Part shown: piece by piece, positions 37,601-49,900 of the stretch | How positions within the stretch are numbered: position 1 is the stretch's first letter | How the letters are laid out: every line of letters begins with the position of its first letter | Assembly (NCBI GenBank): GCA_001642005.1 | Contig: LWCA01000059.1 | Coordinates: 1,238-65,237, forward strand | DNA: 64,000 bases | Source: Intoshia linei | Lineage: Eukaryota > Animalia > Orthonectida | Reading direction: 5' to 3' | The notes under the pieces: model-generated | Told to the model about the DNA's origin: nothing | The model's database searches: none | What the model saw: only the letters and a program-made list of their open reading frames with translations | Translations under genes and position numbers: made by a program

Positions 37601-40600
37601 GATTGCTACTATCTTTACTGTCAACTTATCTGCATGAAGCAGGATTTTATACGCTTTTTCATATAAAAACAATCAATAAACAGATTCAATGTTAAAAATG
37701 ATATGAGGCTCGCCTTATCGCATACACTGCAAAATATCAATAATTGTATCTAAAATGGAACCTGAAATTTCACATAAAGAAAATAAATTTAATTATTATA
37801 ATAATACATTGTACTGAGGTGCTCACTGAGCACAGTATAAAATATAAATAGAACTGAATATGATTTTTTAATATTTTCATTTATGTAAACTGATATGATG
37901 TTTAAAGTATATAGAAAATTTTTGTGTCGCGAAAATTTTTTATGTTTATAAGAGGGTCGCGAACACAAAAAAATTGAAAACCACTGCGGTAGACCTTCAA
38001 CTATTGATATTAATATAATAAAAATTGAATTGAAAAAATATCCAATTCAAACATGTCAATCGCTTTCCATTGTTGCCAGCTGTTCAAAAACCAGTGCCTA
38101 TAATTGGTTGAAACGTTACACAAAGTGAATAAGTCTGAAATATGAGTACCCCACTTATTAACGATTCAACATAAATTCAATATAAAAAACATGCCAATAA
38201 TTACTAGACAGACTAAAAAATGAACCGTTTTTAGAAAATATTGTGACTGGTGATAAAAAATGGATACATTGTGATAATACTAAATTGAAAAAACAATGGC
38301 TATCTTCCCAGGAATCACCGATATTGACTCCAAAACCAGAACTCCATGGTAAAAAGGTAATGATGAGTATTTGGTGGGATATGAAAGGCATACTTTATTA
38401 TGAATATCTTAAAAACATAAAAACCATTAATGCGGAAAACTATTGCGAATAATTGGATGAATTGACCGATGCAATTGACCGTAAAAGACCTCAAATTTTA
38501 TCTAAAGGTAATATTATTTTGTTACACGACAATGATAGACCTCATACTGCTATAAAGACTAGAAAACATTTAATGGACCTTAATTATAAGGTATTAGATC
38601 ACCCACCATATTCTCCAGGCATTGCTCCTTCTGACTATCACCTTTTTAGGTCAATGAGTAACCATTACCATGGAAAAAACGATTCAATTGAGCATTTAAA
38701 ATCTGACATTGATACCTTTTTGACAAATAAAAGCCAGAGTTTTTTTTAAAATGGAATTAAGAGGATACCGGAACATTGGAGAAGAATTGTCAAATGTAAT
38801 ATAGAATGTTTTGTAGAATAAATGTTAATCAAAATTGTTATTTTAAAAGTTTTAATTATACATTAAATTTAACTATGTAGTTATAAAAACGACATTACTT
38901 GGTGATTAACCTAATAGTAATAAATTAATACTACATTTTTGCCATTTCATTTATACATTATATTGCAAACGTAGTTATAATTTAAGTCTAATATATACAT
39001 TTATATATATTTAAATATTTATAAACGTAATTATAATTTAACTCTAATATATATTTAAATTAACCCATATACTCCCTGTGTGACCATATGATCACTTTTA
39101 TAAAAAACACGTATCAAATTGAAACAAAGTTAATTAAATATAAAAAATTAAATTAATTAGTATATTATATACCATTCGAGTATATTAGTTATGAGTTTTC
39201 ACCGATTAGCCTCCTGTGTCACTAACAGTGGGCCAAAATGATTTTTTGAAAAAATTTTTTATATTTTTTTGTTGTTAAAGTTGTGATAACTGAATTTAAT
39301 GAATACCATATGATGAATTCATGTATTGGCTACAATTTGATGAAATAATTAGGTATATTGACGATACGGTTTTATATATACATGCTTTTATTTGCCTTAT
39401 TCTCCCAATGTGAACATATGGAATGTGAAATAACTCCATAACTACAATTGGTAATTACCTAAAATTATATATGGTGAGCAATAGGCAAGTATGTATTAAC
39501 TTCCCAAATTTTTGGAAAAATCGAATCCAAAAAATTGGAAAAATTTGTCTGGGAGTATAAGGGTTAATGTAAACTATCTGAGTTTAAAAGGTTCGATATA
39601 TTTTTTTCATAAGAAAAATTTAAATATAAAAAATTGTAGTAGTCGTCTTAGGTTTCTTACAGCTGGTTTAGATCATAAGGTTTAAGAAAACATTGCATTC
39701 AAATCATAGATAAATATAAATATTTTAAAAAAATATTACCGTTATGTAAAATACGTTAGTATTTTTCAGATAATTTAAATTTTCAGGTGAAAGCATAAAT
39801 TCTTCAGATATGTCTTGAGTCGCACCAAGATTTGTGGCTAAAGACCTGCAATTCAAATAATAAAATGTATATACAAAACTTTCCTATATTTTCGGTCTTT
39901 TGAAATCATGGCGCAACAAATGCCTGTTGAATTCTTGTGTGATATTTCAAAATTTGTTTTCAAATGTGACTTACTACACTCGATTCGTAATTGTCTACCC
40001 TCTTCATCATTCCCAATGCAACTAGCATAAGCTATACAGTTTTTTTCGTTGATAATCCACTTTTATATTAATTTTAAAAATGTAGTGAATAACATTTTAT
40101 GTAACATTAAATATTAACGGGCGGACACATGGTATTTTAAATATTGATTGAGGGTGAGTCAAAATTGTAATGATTTAAAATTGATTTTATATTATTGTTG
40201 TTGGGAATCGTTCATATACCGATGAATTAGATGTGATATTGGTCATTAGTAATGACTCATTACGAATAATGTGGACATATTTACGGTTCAGTTAAACATA
40301 AAATTGTAATCATGGAGTAAAACGTTCGCCCGTTCGGAGCGGTGTATACCTGTAACATTCTTAAAACATTCAGACTAGAACCACCTAAATGTAAATATAA
40401 AAGTAAATGATAAGTTAACCTGGCACAATATCATATTCATACGTATCGATAAAATCTTTAAAGCTAATATTAATATTTAACGATATACATTGTATATTAT
40501 ACAATAATAATATATTAATAACATATATAATAGTAATGTATAATATTACAGATTTTTCTGTTTTTCGCCAACAATAATTAACCCATCCTTCTCCAAGCCA

Positions 40601-40802
40601 TATCTAGTTTTTTAGATTATAATACGTATTAGTTTTGCACCACGAACGATGACGAATTTTGAGATACATATTTTAGAAAAATTTTGTACATTTTGATAAT
40701 TTAATAATTAAATAATAAAAGTTACTTTTCTAAAAATGACTCATCTACAACAGCACTAATGTCAAGTAAGGCATTCCCAAACGCAAATAACTGATTTTTC
40801 AT
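34603..40802 (-). CDS. ADK: Adenosine kinase (PfkB family), copy 1
   Basis: FGNALLDISAVVD, PGGSSLN, CIGND, TGICC, RSLATNLGA, GNDQ|E, DTNGAGDAFVGG; ~4.3-kb TE-filled intron ~35451-39739. Confidence 0.9.
36096..36556. mobile_element. hAT MITE nested in an older repeat inside ADK1 intron
   Basis: Starts CAGGGGTGGGGACC, ends GCGGCCCGCGGGCC...; perfect TSD GTATACAA. Confidence 0.8.
37077..38914 (+). mobile_element. Full-length but dead mariner (DD34D) element
   Basis: TIRs TTAGGTAAATCACAAAGTTATGTCGTTTTTA / TAAAAACGACATTACTTGGTGATTAACCTAA with TA flanks; LRHILLYEY..WFNRFR..RSG|RPS, VTGDKKWI, HDNDRPH, YSPGIAPSDYHLF; internal stops and frameshifts. Confidence 0.93.
37461..37986 (+). mobile_element. 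Non-autonomous hAT (Buster/Charlie) element inserted in the mariner
   Basis: CAGTGGTTTT...AAAACCACTG ends; TSD CGGTAAAT/CGGTAGAC; encodes hATC remnant FWCNMIDLYP..ALRLLL..STYLHEAGF...DMRLALS...ISH*. Confidence 0.88.
39064..39563. mobile_element. piggyBac-type MITE
   Basis: TTAA|CCCATATACTCCC ... GGGAGTATAAGGG|TTAA. Confidence 0.85.
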
Positions 40803-41513
40803 GCTTTTTTGAAATTAAACGCTTAAAATAAATAAAAATTTATTTATACTACTAGGCAAATATGTTGCTATATTTTATTACGCTTTGAATTACGTTTGTA
40901 TTGTTTCAAATATCATGTAAATATCACTTTACGATTTTGTGGCATAAACTTTATGCTTGAAATAATCGTTAAATAAAGAATTGCAATTGCATTTGTATAA
41001 AATACTATTGTACCGTCTCGTTGGAAGAATTAAATTGTGTGCAAAACCATAGAACTTCCACTAAACAAAAATATTTAGATTTGAATGGTACAACTGTATT
41101 AGACAGACCTTTAAATTCTAGAGGTTTAGAGTCTAGAACAAGGGAGAAATGTGATCAAAAAAAAATTTTAAGAGAAGAGATATAATACTGTTTTTACTGT
41201 ATTCTAATTTGAAAATTAAAAAGTTATTTTGTTCTATCTTCTGTTAGATTTTGCGGTATAGAAAGAAGTTTTAGCATGCTGAAGAAAGTACTACAAAGTA
41301 AGTAAGCAAAGAAATTTTTTTATAGATCAGCGTACCAATAAAGTAAAGCGACTAAAAGTACATTTTTTTGGCAAAATCGAAAACGTACTAATTAACAAAT
41401 TATTTAATTAAAGTCATACACAAAAAATAAACTTTTGCTTCGCTAAGCCATGAATCATGAAATCTTATCCGATCGCAATGTTAACATTACATTTTACATT
41501 GTTAACATTTATT

Positions 41514-43931
41514 TTACAGAAACGGTGGGTTTATATCGTGTTCAATGTTAAAACCGCTTTGTTGGATAATGTAATTGGCTGCTTTGTTTCCTCGTAATAT
41601 TGCCTTTTTGTAATCATTTTCATTTTTTATATACACTGAAAGAAACCCTAATTTAATTTTAATATTTAAAAATGATATGTAAACCTCCAGCAAATGCATC
41701 TCCAGCACCATTAGTATCATTTATATCTGCATTGTCAATTTTTATTATATTTATTTTTTCACATTTTATAGATTCACATTCATCAACTTCGGCATAAATT
41801 ACAGGATCAGAACCACAAGTCATTATCAATTTCAGTGAATGATTAAAATATTCGTTTATTAGTTTTTTACCCAACGTTTTTAATAATATTTCATCTTTAA
41901 CTGATATATCGTACAATTTGGCCAAACTTTCAAATTCCTATAATATTATATTATATTATATATGTTAAGATTTATTATTTCAAAAATTGAAAAATTTTTG
42001 TTGATAACTAAGACAATTTTTGAATGTAATTTATGTTTTTCATTGAAATACTATTTATATTGTTAACGTACATTATAGTATATTTATTGTATGTATCAAT
42101 AAATTCATTCTTACAAGAGAATGAAAATAGTCCTATAATTATAAAAAACAAATTATGCAACAGTTTTCAAATCACTAACATAATCGTAAATCTTACCTCA
42201 AGTGACACTTTTTTTGAAAATGAAAAGGGTTATAGAATTTTTACAATATTATGCTTATTCGATAAATTTATGCGTAATTTTAATTATATTGTAATATAAA
42301 AATTTTTAGATCAATAAACCTGATCATTCCCAATTACAATATGAACGTATTTCATCAGTTTAATAATGTGTTTCGATGCCACATGACAAATAAATTCTGC
42401 TGATATGTTGTATATGACCCGTTTGTTACTTTCATAATATTCTTTTGCCAATTTTAAAATGCATTTAGGTCTCAACATAAATATATAACCCTAAATAAAA
42501 TGCATATATATTGTAGTAAATAAATATTGCTAATGTCGAACCTACCGTATTCTACAATACCCTCTTCAGGTGGGGTAGAATCGAAAAATTTAGGTCAAAT
42601 TGTAGGTTCTATACTGCTTAAATTAATTCATATTTTTCATAATTTACCTAACAAATTCGACAAACGAATCATAAAAACATCGAGTTGATTTACAAAAAAT
42701 AATATAATACCCAAATCTCTCAACTCTTTTAATATATCATCAGATATACTTCAATAAACAGGCTTAACGGATGTAGCTAAAATAACGATATACAAAATAT
42801 TAAAAACTAAAGGTAAAGTAGGGAATACTGAATCTAAAACACTTTCCCCTAAAAGACACAATAAATTACGGTTGATTAGGGTAAATAGTTATATGAAGAT
42901 AAATTTTGGTAATTTAATTATAATTATATACCGTAATGTAAAATATGTGCGAATCTCGTAAATGATTCATATTGATGGGTGAAACCATAAAATCTTCGGA
43001 TATGTGTTGAGTGGCACCTAGATCCGTTGCCAGTGATCTAAATTAAAATGTAAAAGTGTTAAATTCAACTTGCCTATATCTTCTGTCTTTTGAAATCATG
43101 ACACAACAAATACCTGTTTGGTGCTCTTTTGATATTTCAAAGTTTGTTATTAAATTCGATTTACTGCATTGGATGTTTAACTGCCTCCCCATTTCGTCAT
43201 CACCAATACAACTAGCATAAAATATAACATTTTCTTCGTTTATAATCCACTAAAAAATAAACATAATAAATAAACGACTAAATAAATAAAAATACGTAAG
43301 GAAAATGTGATTACTGAATTTTCAGATCGCCCTGGACTTTATTTTGTTGAATATACTGGAATCGTTTTTCTTCAGTTAAAATTGAAATTTATCATGTTTA
43401 CATTTTCAAAAACGGGGCCTGTATAATTTTTTGATATAAAAAAGTGCCCATAAGATGAAAAAGGTTGTCGATCCCTGGTGTAATATATAATATATTTCTA
43501 ATTTTAAAAATTTTAAAAAACCTGCATCATTCTGAAAACATTTAAAGATGATCCACCTACATGAATTACATATGAATACTTTACATTTAGTAATTACCTG
43601 GTACGACATCACATTTATAATTTCTTGAAAATTCAAGTATTCTAAATTTATTTATATTAAAACAAGTACAAGTATGTGCGAATAACGGAAGTTCCACAGT
43701 ATTTAATTAAAGGTAAAAGTAAATGTTAGGAAATATAAATTACAAATTTTTTGCTTTTTCATCTATGAGAATGATTCCATTTTTTTCCAAATTGTATCTA
43801 TAATATATATTGATATAATATCAAAAATTGATTATATTGTAGTACAAAAAATACTTTTGAAGGAAGGTTGTGTCGACAATAGCACTTTTATCGACTAAAG
43901 CATTTCCAAATGCAAATATTTTATTTTTCAT
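41514..43931 (-). CDS. ADK: Adenosine kinase, tandem copy 2 (one GC-AG intron 43038-43073)
   Basis: FGNALVDKSAIVD, PGGSSLN, RSLATDLGA, GNDQ|E, DTNGAGDAFAGG; same exon structure as copy 1. Confidence 0.9.
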
Positions 43932-44503
43932 ACTCAATTTTTTTTTTTATTATGTAATTAAGAAATACTGGAATAAATGTTGAAAATTTAGCATACAAGT
44001 TAAGTATACAATATTCTAGCATTTTATTGATATATTTATCTAATACAAAAAATTTATTTTGTGTAAATATCATAAACATTTTTTATTTATATTATTGTAT
44101 AACAAAGATTTTATAAAATTGGTGTATTGTTGCAAAAATTTGTTAAAATAACGACTGCTATACATATACAATGTATACATATGCATAAAATACACCAGAA
44201 AATGATAATTAATGTTACCGTACTACAAATACATGTACGTTGCACATTAGAATATGGTCAACTTTAATTAACAGTCAGTGAACGTATTTTAATACAAAAA
44301 TATTGATAAATAATATTCTATTACATAAATAAATGTCATTTATATAATTTAACATGCAAGTAGTTTCTCGTTTATAAGTACACTTGCTATTAAGGGCGCA
44401 CTATAAAAAGATCGTAAATCAAAAGATCGTAAAAATAAACTTTGTAACTAAAATAAATATACTAAATTAAATTGGATACAAAAATATTATCTGGTGTGAA
44501 CAC

Positions 44504-45009
44504 TAGGGGGGTGTCAATTTTTTCACTTTTTGGCGAAAATACAAAAGTGCCACCCCAGACGTGGAAGATAGGGTTAAATGATACACAATTATCAAAAAAT
44601 TATATAAAAAGGATTAAAAAAAACCCTGGAGCAAAGCACTTCAAAATATGAATAATAAACAAAATTTAATTTTATTTGTATAGTAAATTTCATAGTAATA
44701 ATAATTTATATAACAATTAATCTTCATTTTATATTTTTTTATCAATTCGGCGTTCATGATTCGCTAGACGATAATTTTGCGCATCTTTATAGCTATTTGT
44801 CGAAAAATTTTTATATTTAAAATAATATTTTTAAGAAAATTGTCATCTATTAGTTACTGTGAGCGATATATTGTTCAAAATTTTAGAGGCGATGCCCATC
44901 GGGTTTTTTTAACAATTGAGAGGTAAGATTGGGTGCAAATTGAATATTTTCAAAAATTTTATATGGTGGAAGGGTGCACTTTTAATATAAAAATTCGTTC
45001 ACACCCCTA
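44504..45009. mobile_element. hAT MITE, family A copy 2
   Basis: TAGGGGGGTGTCAA...TTCACACCCCTA; perfect TSD GTGAACAC; reverse complement of 24319-24825. Confidence 0.9.
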
Positions 45010-45329
45010 GTGAACACCATAGAATATTTATAATTTTTTTGTAATATAGTTTGTAGGTATAATATGGTATTTTAATATTTTAGTTTTAACTTGGGTCTGT
45101 AGTCTAAATTAAATGAATTAGTTAATGAATTATTTGATTTTTATTAAGCTTTTTAGTTAGTTATTATATTGACAGTGAAAACTAAAAATATTATGTACAA
45201 AATCGAAGACTAAAAATAATAACTTATATATTAATACCAATATACTTATATACTATTAATATTATATTACTTAAATATTTTACACTGAATGTTGCTAAGA
45301 ATTATAACAATATAAGTATTGAGAATAAG

Positions 45330-45600
45330 ATTAACATTTAATTTTTATTAATTAATTTGCATTTAAGTGTATATAAGTTATTAAAATCTAATTTCATTTC
45401 TTGTTTTTGGGTATATGCGATTAATTTATCTACAGAACTTAGCATATCTTGCCTCTCATCCTCGGATATGGATGGTTCAGCATCGTCCCTATATAATCGT
45501 TAGTCGTAATCATAGTCGATATTACTGTTTTGCATGGTCGTTGGTAATCATCAGTTACCTATTGGTATGATTTACCATCTTCAATTTCGGATATAATGTT
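45330..45600 (-). mobile_element. Probable pogo/Tigger-like transposase remnant
   Basis: Fragments IISEIEDGKS (HTH-psq-like) and acidic C-terminus DDAEPSISEDERQDMLSSVDKLIAY, with stops. Confidence 0.4.
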
Positions 45601-46083
45601 TAATTACATTACATTTAAAGTCAGTAAATAAATTTAGTAAAGCGACTAGTAAAGTCAGTAAAGCAATTCTTCATTTGACATACATAATTAAATTTTAAAA
45701 TGAAAATAAGCAGACTTTGATAATTTAATTTAATTATATTTATTTTAATTTGCGGAATTATTTCACCCATCAACAATTTTAAAATTGGTGTTTTATTGCT
45801 GTATTTAATAACAAGATACTACTGTATATAAAAACAATTAGAAATAACATTTATATGGAAAGTTAAATTTTAACTATTAACAGTAGTGTAGAATCTATGA
45901 AGTAAATGTAGTACGATGTATGTTTTTGATTTATAAATTGTTATACTGAATGCAGTGAATTATTATAATAAATAATATATATAAATAAATAATAATAAAT
46001 ATTCAATAATTATTGAATATTCAATGAGCAGCACTGCAGTAATTTGTTCAAAATTTATATTGGTACCGCCTTATTTTGGTTTG

Positions 46084-46215
46084 TATACAAACCATAGTAA
46101 ATTTATGAGTGTAGTTTTTGGCATTTATACAAATCAATGTTAATTTATGAGTGTAGTTTTTGGCATCTATACAAACAAATATAAATTTATGAGTGCAGTT
46201 TTTAGCATCTATACA
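46084..46215. repeat. 42-bp tandem repeat, 3 copies
   Basis: Unit TATACAAA.......AATTTATGAGTGTAGTTTTTGGCATY at 46084, 46126, 46168. Confidence 0.9.
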
Positions 46216-46244
46216 TGCAATCGTCTCGTAAAATTGAAAATGTA

Positions 46245-46600
46245 AATAGTGATCCTACAATTTCAAAAAAAATTTGCATAGAACATATACACATTTCCAA
46301 TAAAGAAATATGGGTGAAAATCTATATAATTCATTCTTTCTTATTTTTTTCATTGCTACGCAATTTTTCATGCTCAAATACTCATTTTCAAAAAATTTAT
46401 CAAAATTAAAATCTAAATCAAAATAATATATTAACTGATAATATTAATTAATAATAATTAATATGATAAAAACTTATTAATATTTTTGTATCTATTACAA
46501 TGCTTTGCAATGTTGGTAAAATTCTTCTTAAATGTTTTTAAACTTCTGCTTCCGTTATTATTATTATTGATACATAATTGGTATTTTTAATTATTTATTG
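46245..46600. repeat. Dispersed repeat, direct copy at ~56283-56600
   Basis: GATCCTACA.TTTCAAAAAA...CATTTCCAATAAA.AAATATGGGTGAAAATCTATATAAT...CATTGCTACGCAATT shared; explains the near-identical ORFs at 46215 and 56308. Confidence 0.85.
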
Positions 46601-46942
46601 TATTGATAATGAATCATGTTACATCAAATTTAAATTTATAATGTTAAAATTAGATAGGCCCGCCCTCGGCAGATCTAGGTGCTGTTTGTACGTAGTATAA
46701 AGCAACCAAACTAGTTATAATTATAATAATCATATGTTTGAGTTTCTTATACTACAAATAATTTTTTATTATTTATGATTATAATCATTCCTGCATACTA
46801 TATAGTTTTAAACAAATATTTTAAAATTCGGGATTGGTTCGATTTATTTTTAAATTTTTAAATAAATTCAATTTTCTTCGATATCTTGCCAATCCCAATA
46901 AATACTGATAAAACTATTATTTATTTATATTTATTATAAAAA

Positions 46943-49900
46943 TTATATACAAAATTTTTGTCTCTTTTTCCTAGATAAATTGAAGCAACATTGTTTCATA
47001 ATATAATTTGCACATTTATTTCCTACATGCAAAGCTGATTTATAATGATCTTCTTCGTTTATATAAACAGATAAAAATCCTTAATTACGTGATAAATGAT
47101 TAAAATTTAATTAAATCATACCACCCATGAATGCATCACCAGCGCCATTGGTATCCATAATATCATTGTTTTTTATTTTTATTGTATCAACGGAATCCAA
47201 AATTTTACACTTACTATCTTGGAATTCTCCATAAATTACGCTTTTTTCAGCCCTCGTCATTATAATCTTTAATTTATATTGGCAATTAAATATCAATTTT
47301 TCTCCTATAGCTTTCACTAAACAAATATCATCATTATTTTCTATTTCGTATATTTTAGCAAAAGACTCGAATTCCTAAAATAAAAGCATGAAACAATTAA
47401 TTTTAGTGTAAAAATACTTCTTTATTTCCAACCAAAACATTCACAAATTGCATTAATTTTTTTAATTCGTTTGGTACTTTCATTGATATAAAACATGCGG
47501 AAATGTTATATATGACACGCCTTCTTGATGTATAAAAGTTTCTTGCATATTTTGTTATAGATTCATGATGCATGTGGAAAAAATAGCCCTAAAATATTAA
47601 AATTATTACATTATCATTTTGAATTTACTGTTATGTAAAATATGTAACATTTGTCCATCAAAATAGAGTTTTGATTAGAAGACACAAAATTTTCGGTAGT
47701 GAAAAGATTTGCTCCCAGGTCGGTAGCTAAGGATCTATGCATTTATATATATTAAAAATAAATACAAACCTGGATGTGCTTTTATTCGATATCATTACAC
47801 AACAATTCCCTGTGTATATATTACTAATAACTTCAAAATATGCAACAATATTAGTTTTTTCACAATCTTTTATCAGCATTTTCCCGATTTTATCATTGCC
47901 TATCGAACTAGAAAAATATAATGTGTGAGGTTTCTGCAAAAGGAACTAAATTGAATTAAGCTATGTAGACTCTATATAATACATCAAGCATTCTTAAAAC
48001 GTTCAGAGCCGATCCACCTAATTTTATAGATGTTTAGTTTGATAATTATAAATTAATTCATGTCGTGTGCACTAGGGAGTGATATTCGATTATTAAGAGA
48101 AAAATGGGAATATATTCCGATTAATCGATTAATAACATTTACATTAAATTTATTATTTTTTATAAACAATTTTAATTATCACTAATGTTTGGTTGTGATT
48201 ATAATTTCATCATATTGCAGTGTTAGAGTTATAATGTTCTATCTGCATTTTTGTCAAAAATGAGGTTTTTGATGAAAAATGTTTTAAATCATATCTTTTA
48301 CATTTTTACCAAAAAAATTAAGCTTGAAAACGTATTATTTTATGATATAACGAACATTTACTGGTTCAATTACTAAATCTCGACTTGATAATTCCTTACA
48401 AAATTATCAAATTCCTATTAAAAATAACCTCACAGATTCTAAAAAGCAAGATATTAAAAGTATGTTAATTAAAATGGACAATGAGTAAAGAATTGTATAA
48501 TTTAATCATATAAATTGATAAAAATTTTGATGCTAAAAATGTTAAATGTTATCAGTTTTAATAGAATAATGTTCTATTTGCAATTTTTTCAAATCAAATA
48601 GTTACAGATTGTTCCATTAGTAAAATTAAAGTTTTGAAAAACCTTTATCTTTTTATTTTTATCGTACGAAACTTTTCAATATACTTTAACAAATATTAAA
48701 AAACTAAATTGTATAATTAAATTTTAACATAAAAATTATATTTTAGGCAATATAGTACTTTTAAACTTTAAAGTCGATTTATGAAAAACTATGTTTATGC
48801 AGATAGAACATTATAACTCTAACACTGCGATATATAAAGATAATATTACTCTATCTGAGATGTAAATATATGCGATCGCATCAAACCTAGAATGAACCCT
48901 ACTCTTTCCCACATTTGTGAATTTCTTAAAAATTAAAAATCAGTAGATTCGTCCAATTGTAAAATAAATTTTACTGGATTTTTTCCAAGTTCATCCATAC
49001 CTTGAATTTCGATAACTTCTGGAAAATATTTAATTCTTTTACAAAGGAATTGATTTAAATGTCTTTTTTTCATCATTTCCAAGTTCTGCAATTTTAAGAG
49101 TATAGGGTTTGATCAACGTTTGCGATGGTATGAGACTTTTTTTGTTTATTAATCATGTAAGCAACATGATATTATGCCTGTAAAATTATGTTACATGGTG
49201 AAGAAATGATAAATTTATCAACTGTTCCACCTATATCGAAACGTCTTCTTTTTCGAGAGATAACTTCAACACTGTCAATGATAATTGAGTGTTTTACATG
49301 CTTATTGTTACATAGGCGGCTTGGCTTCGTGCTATTATAGCATAAAACACCAAACATTAAATGCACAGACTCAAGTTTTTCGGATTCACCTGAAATTCGC
49401 CTGAAATATGTTTATAAAATGAAGACTCCGTTAATTATTGATAATTATTAGTATATTAAATTCAATGAGCGTTAATTATAATTAATTAGTTAATAATTAT
49501 TAACTTAATTTACACTTTGTTAATAAGTAATAACAATATGAAATTATATCTTATATATAATTTTTTTGTTGATAATAAAAATATTATGTAATTTGACTCA
49601 TTTAGAAACAAAATTAATAGATTAATTACCAATTAATTTTTAGCTAATTATTTTATTATTATTAAAATTTTTACTTTACATAAACAGTAAAGAATTATAT
49701 TATAATATAAATATCAATTAATCATAAAAAAATATTTATATGAAGTTTAACTTCCAGTTTATAAGAATAGTTTGAAATGTCTTATAGTTTTTTCGCGCAC
49801 TGTAAACGATCTCCACTAAAAAATATTTTACAAGTTTTAGGAACAAGAAGGATTTTGTTAAATTTTAAAAGGCTTTGTTAGGATAGTTTTAATTTTTTAA

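Noticed and set aside
46084-46215. Repeat-spacer-like array resembling CRISPR
   Set aside because: Eukaryotic context, the variable part is only ~7 nt, no cas genes; an ordinary 42-bp minisatellite.
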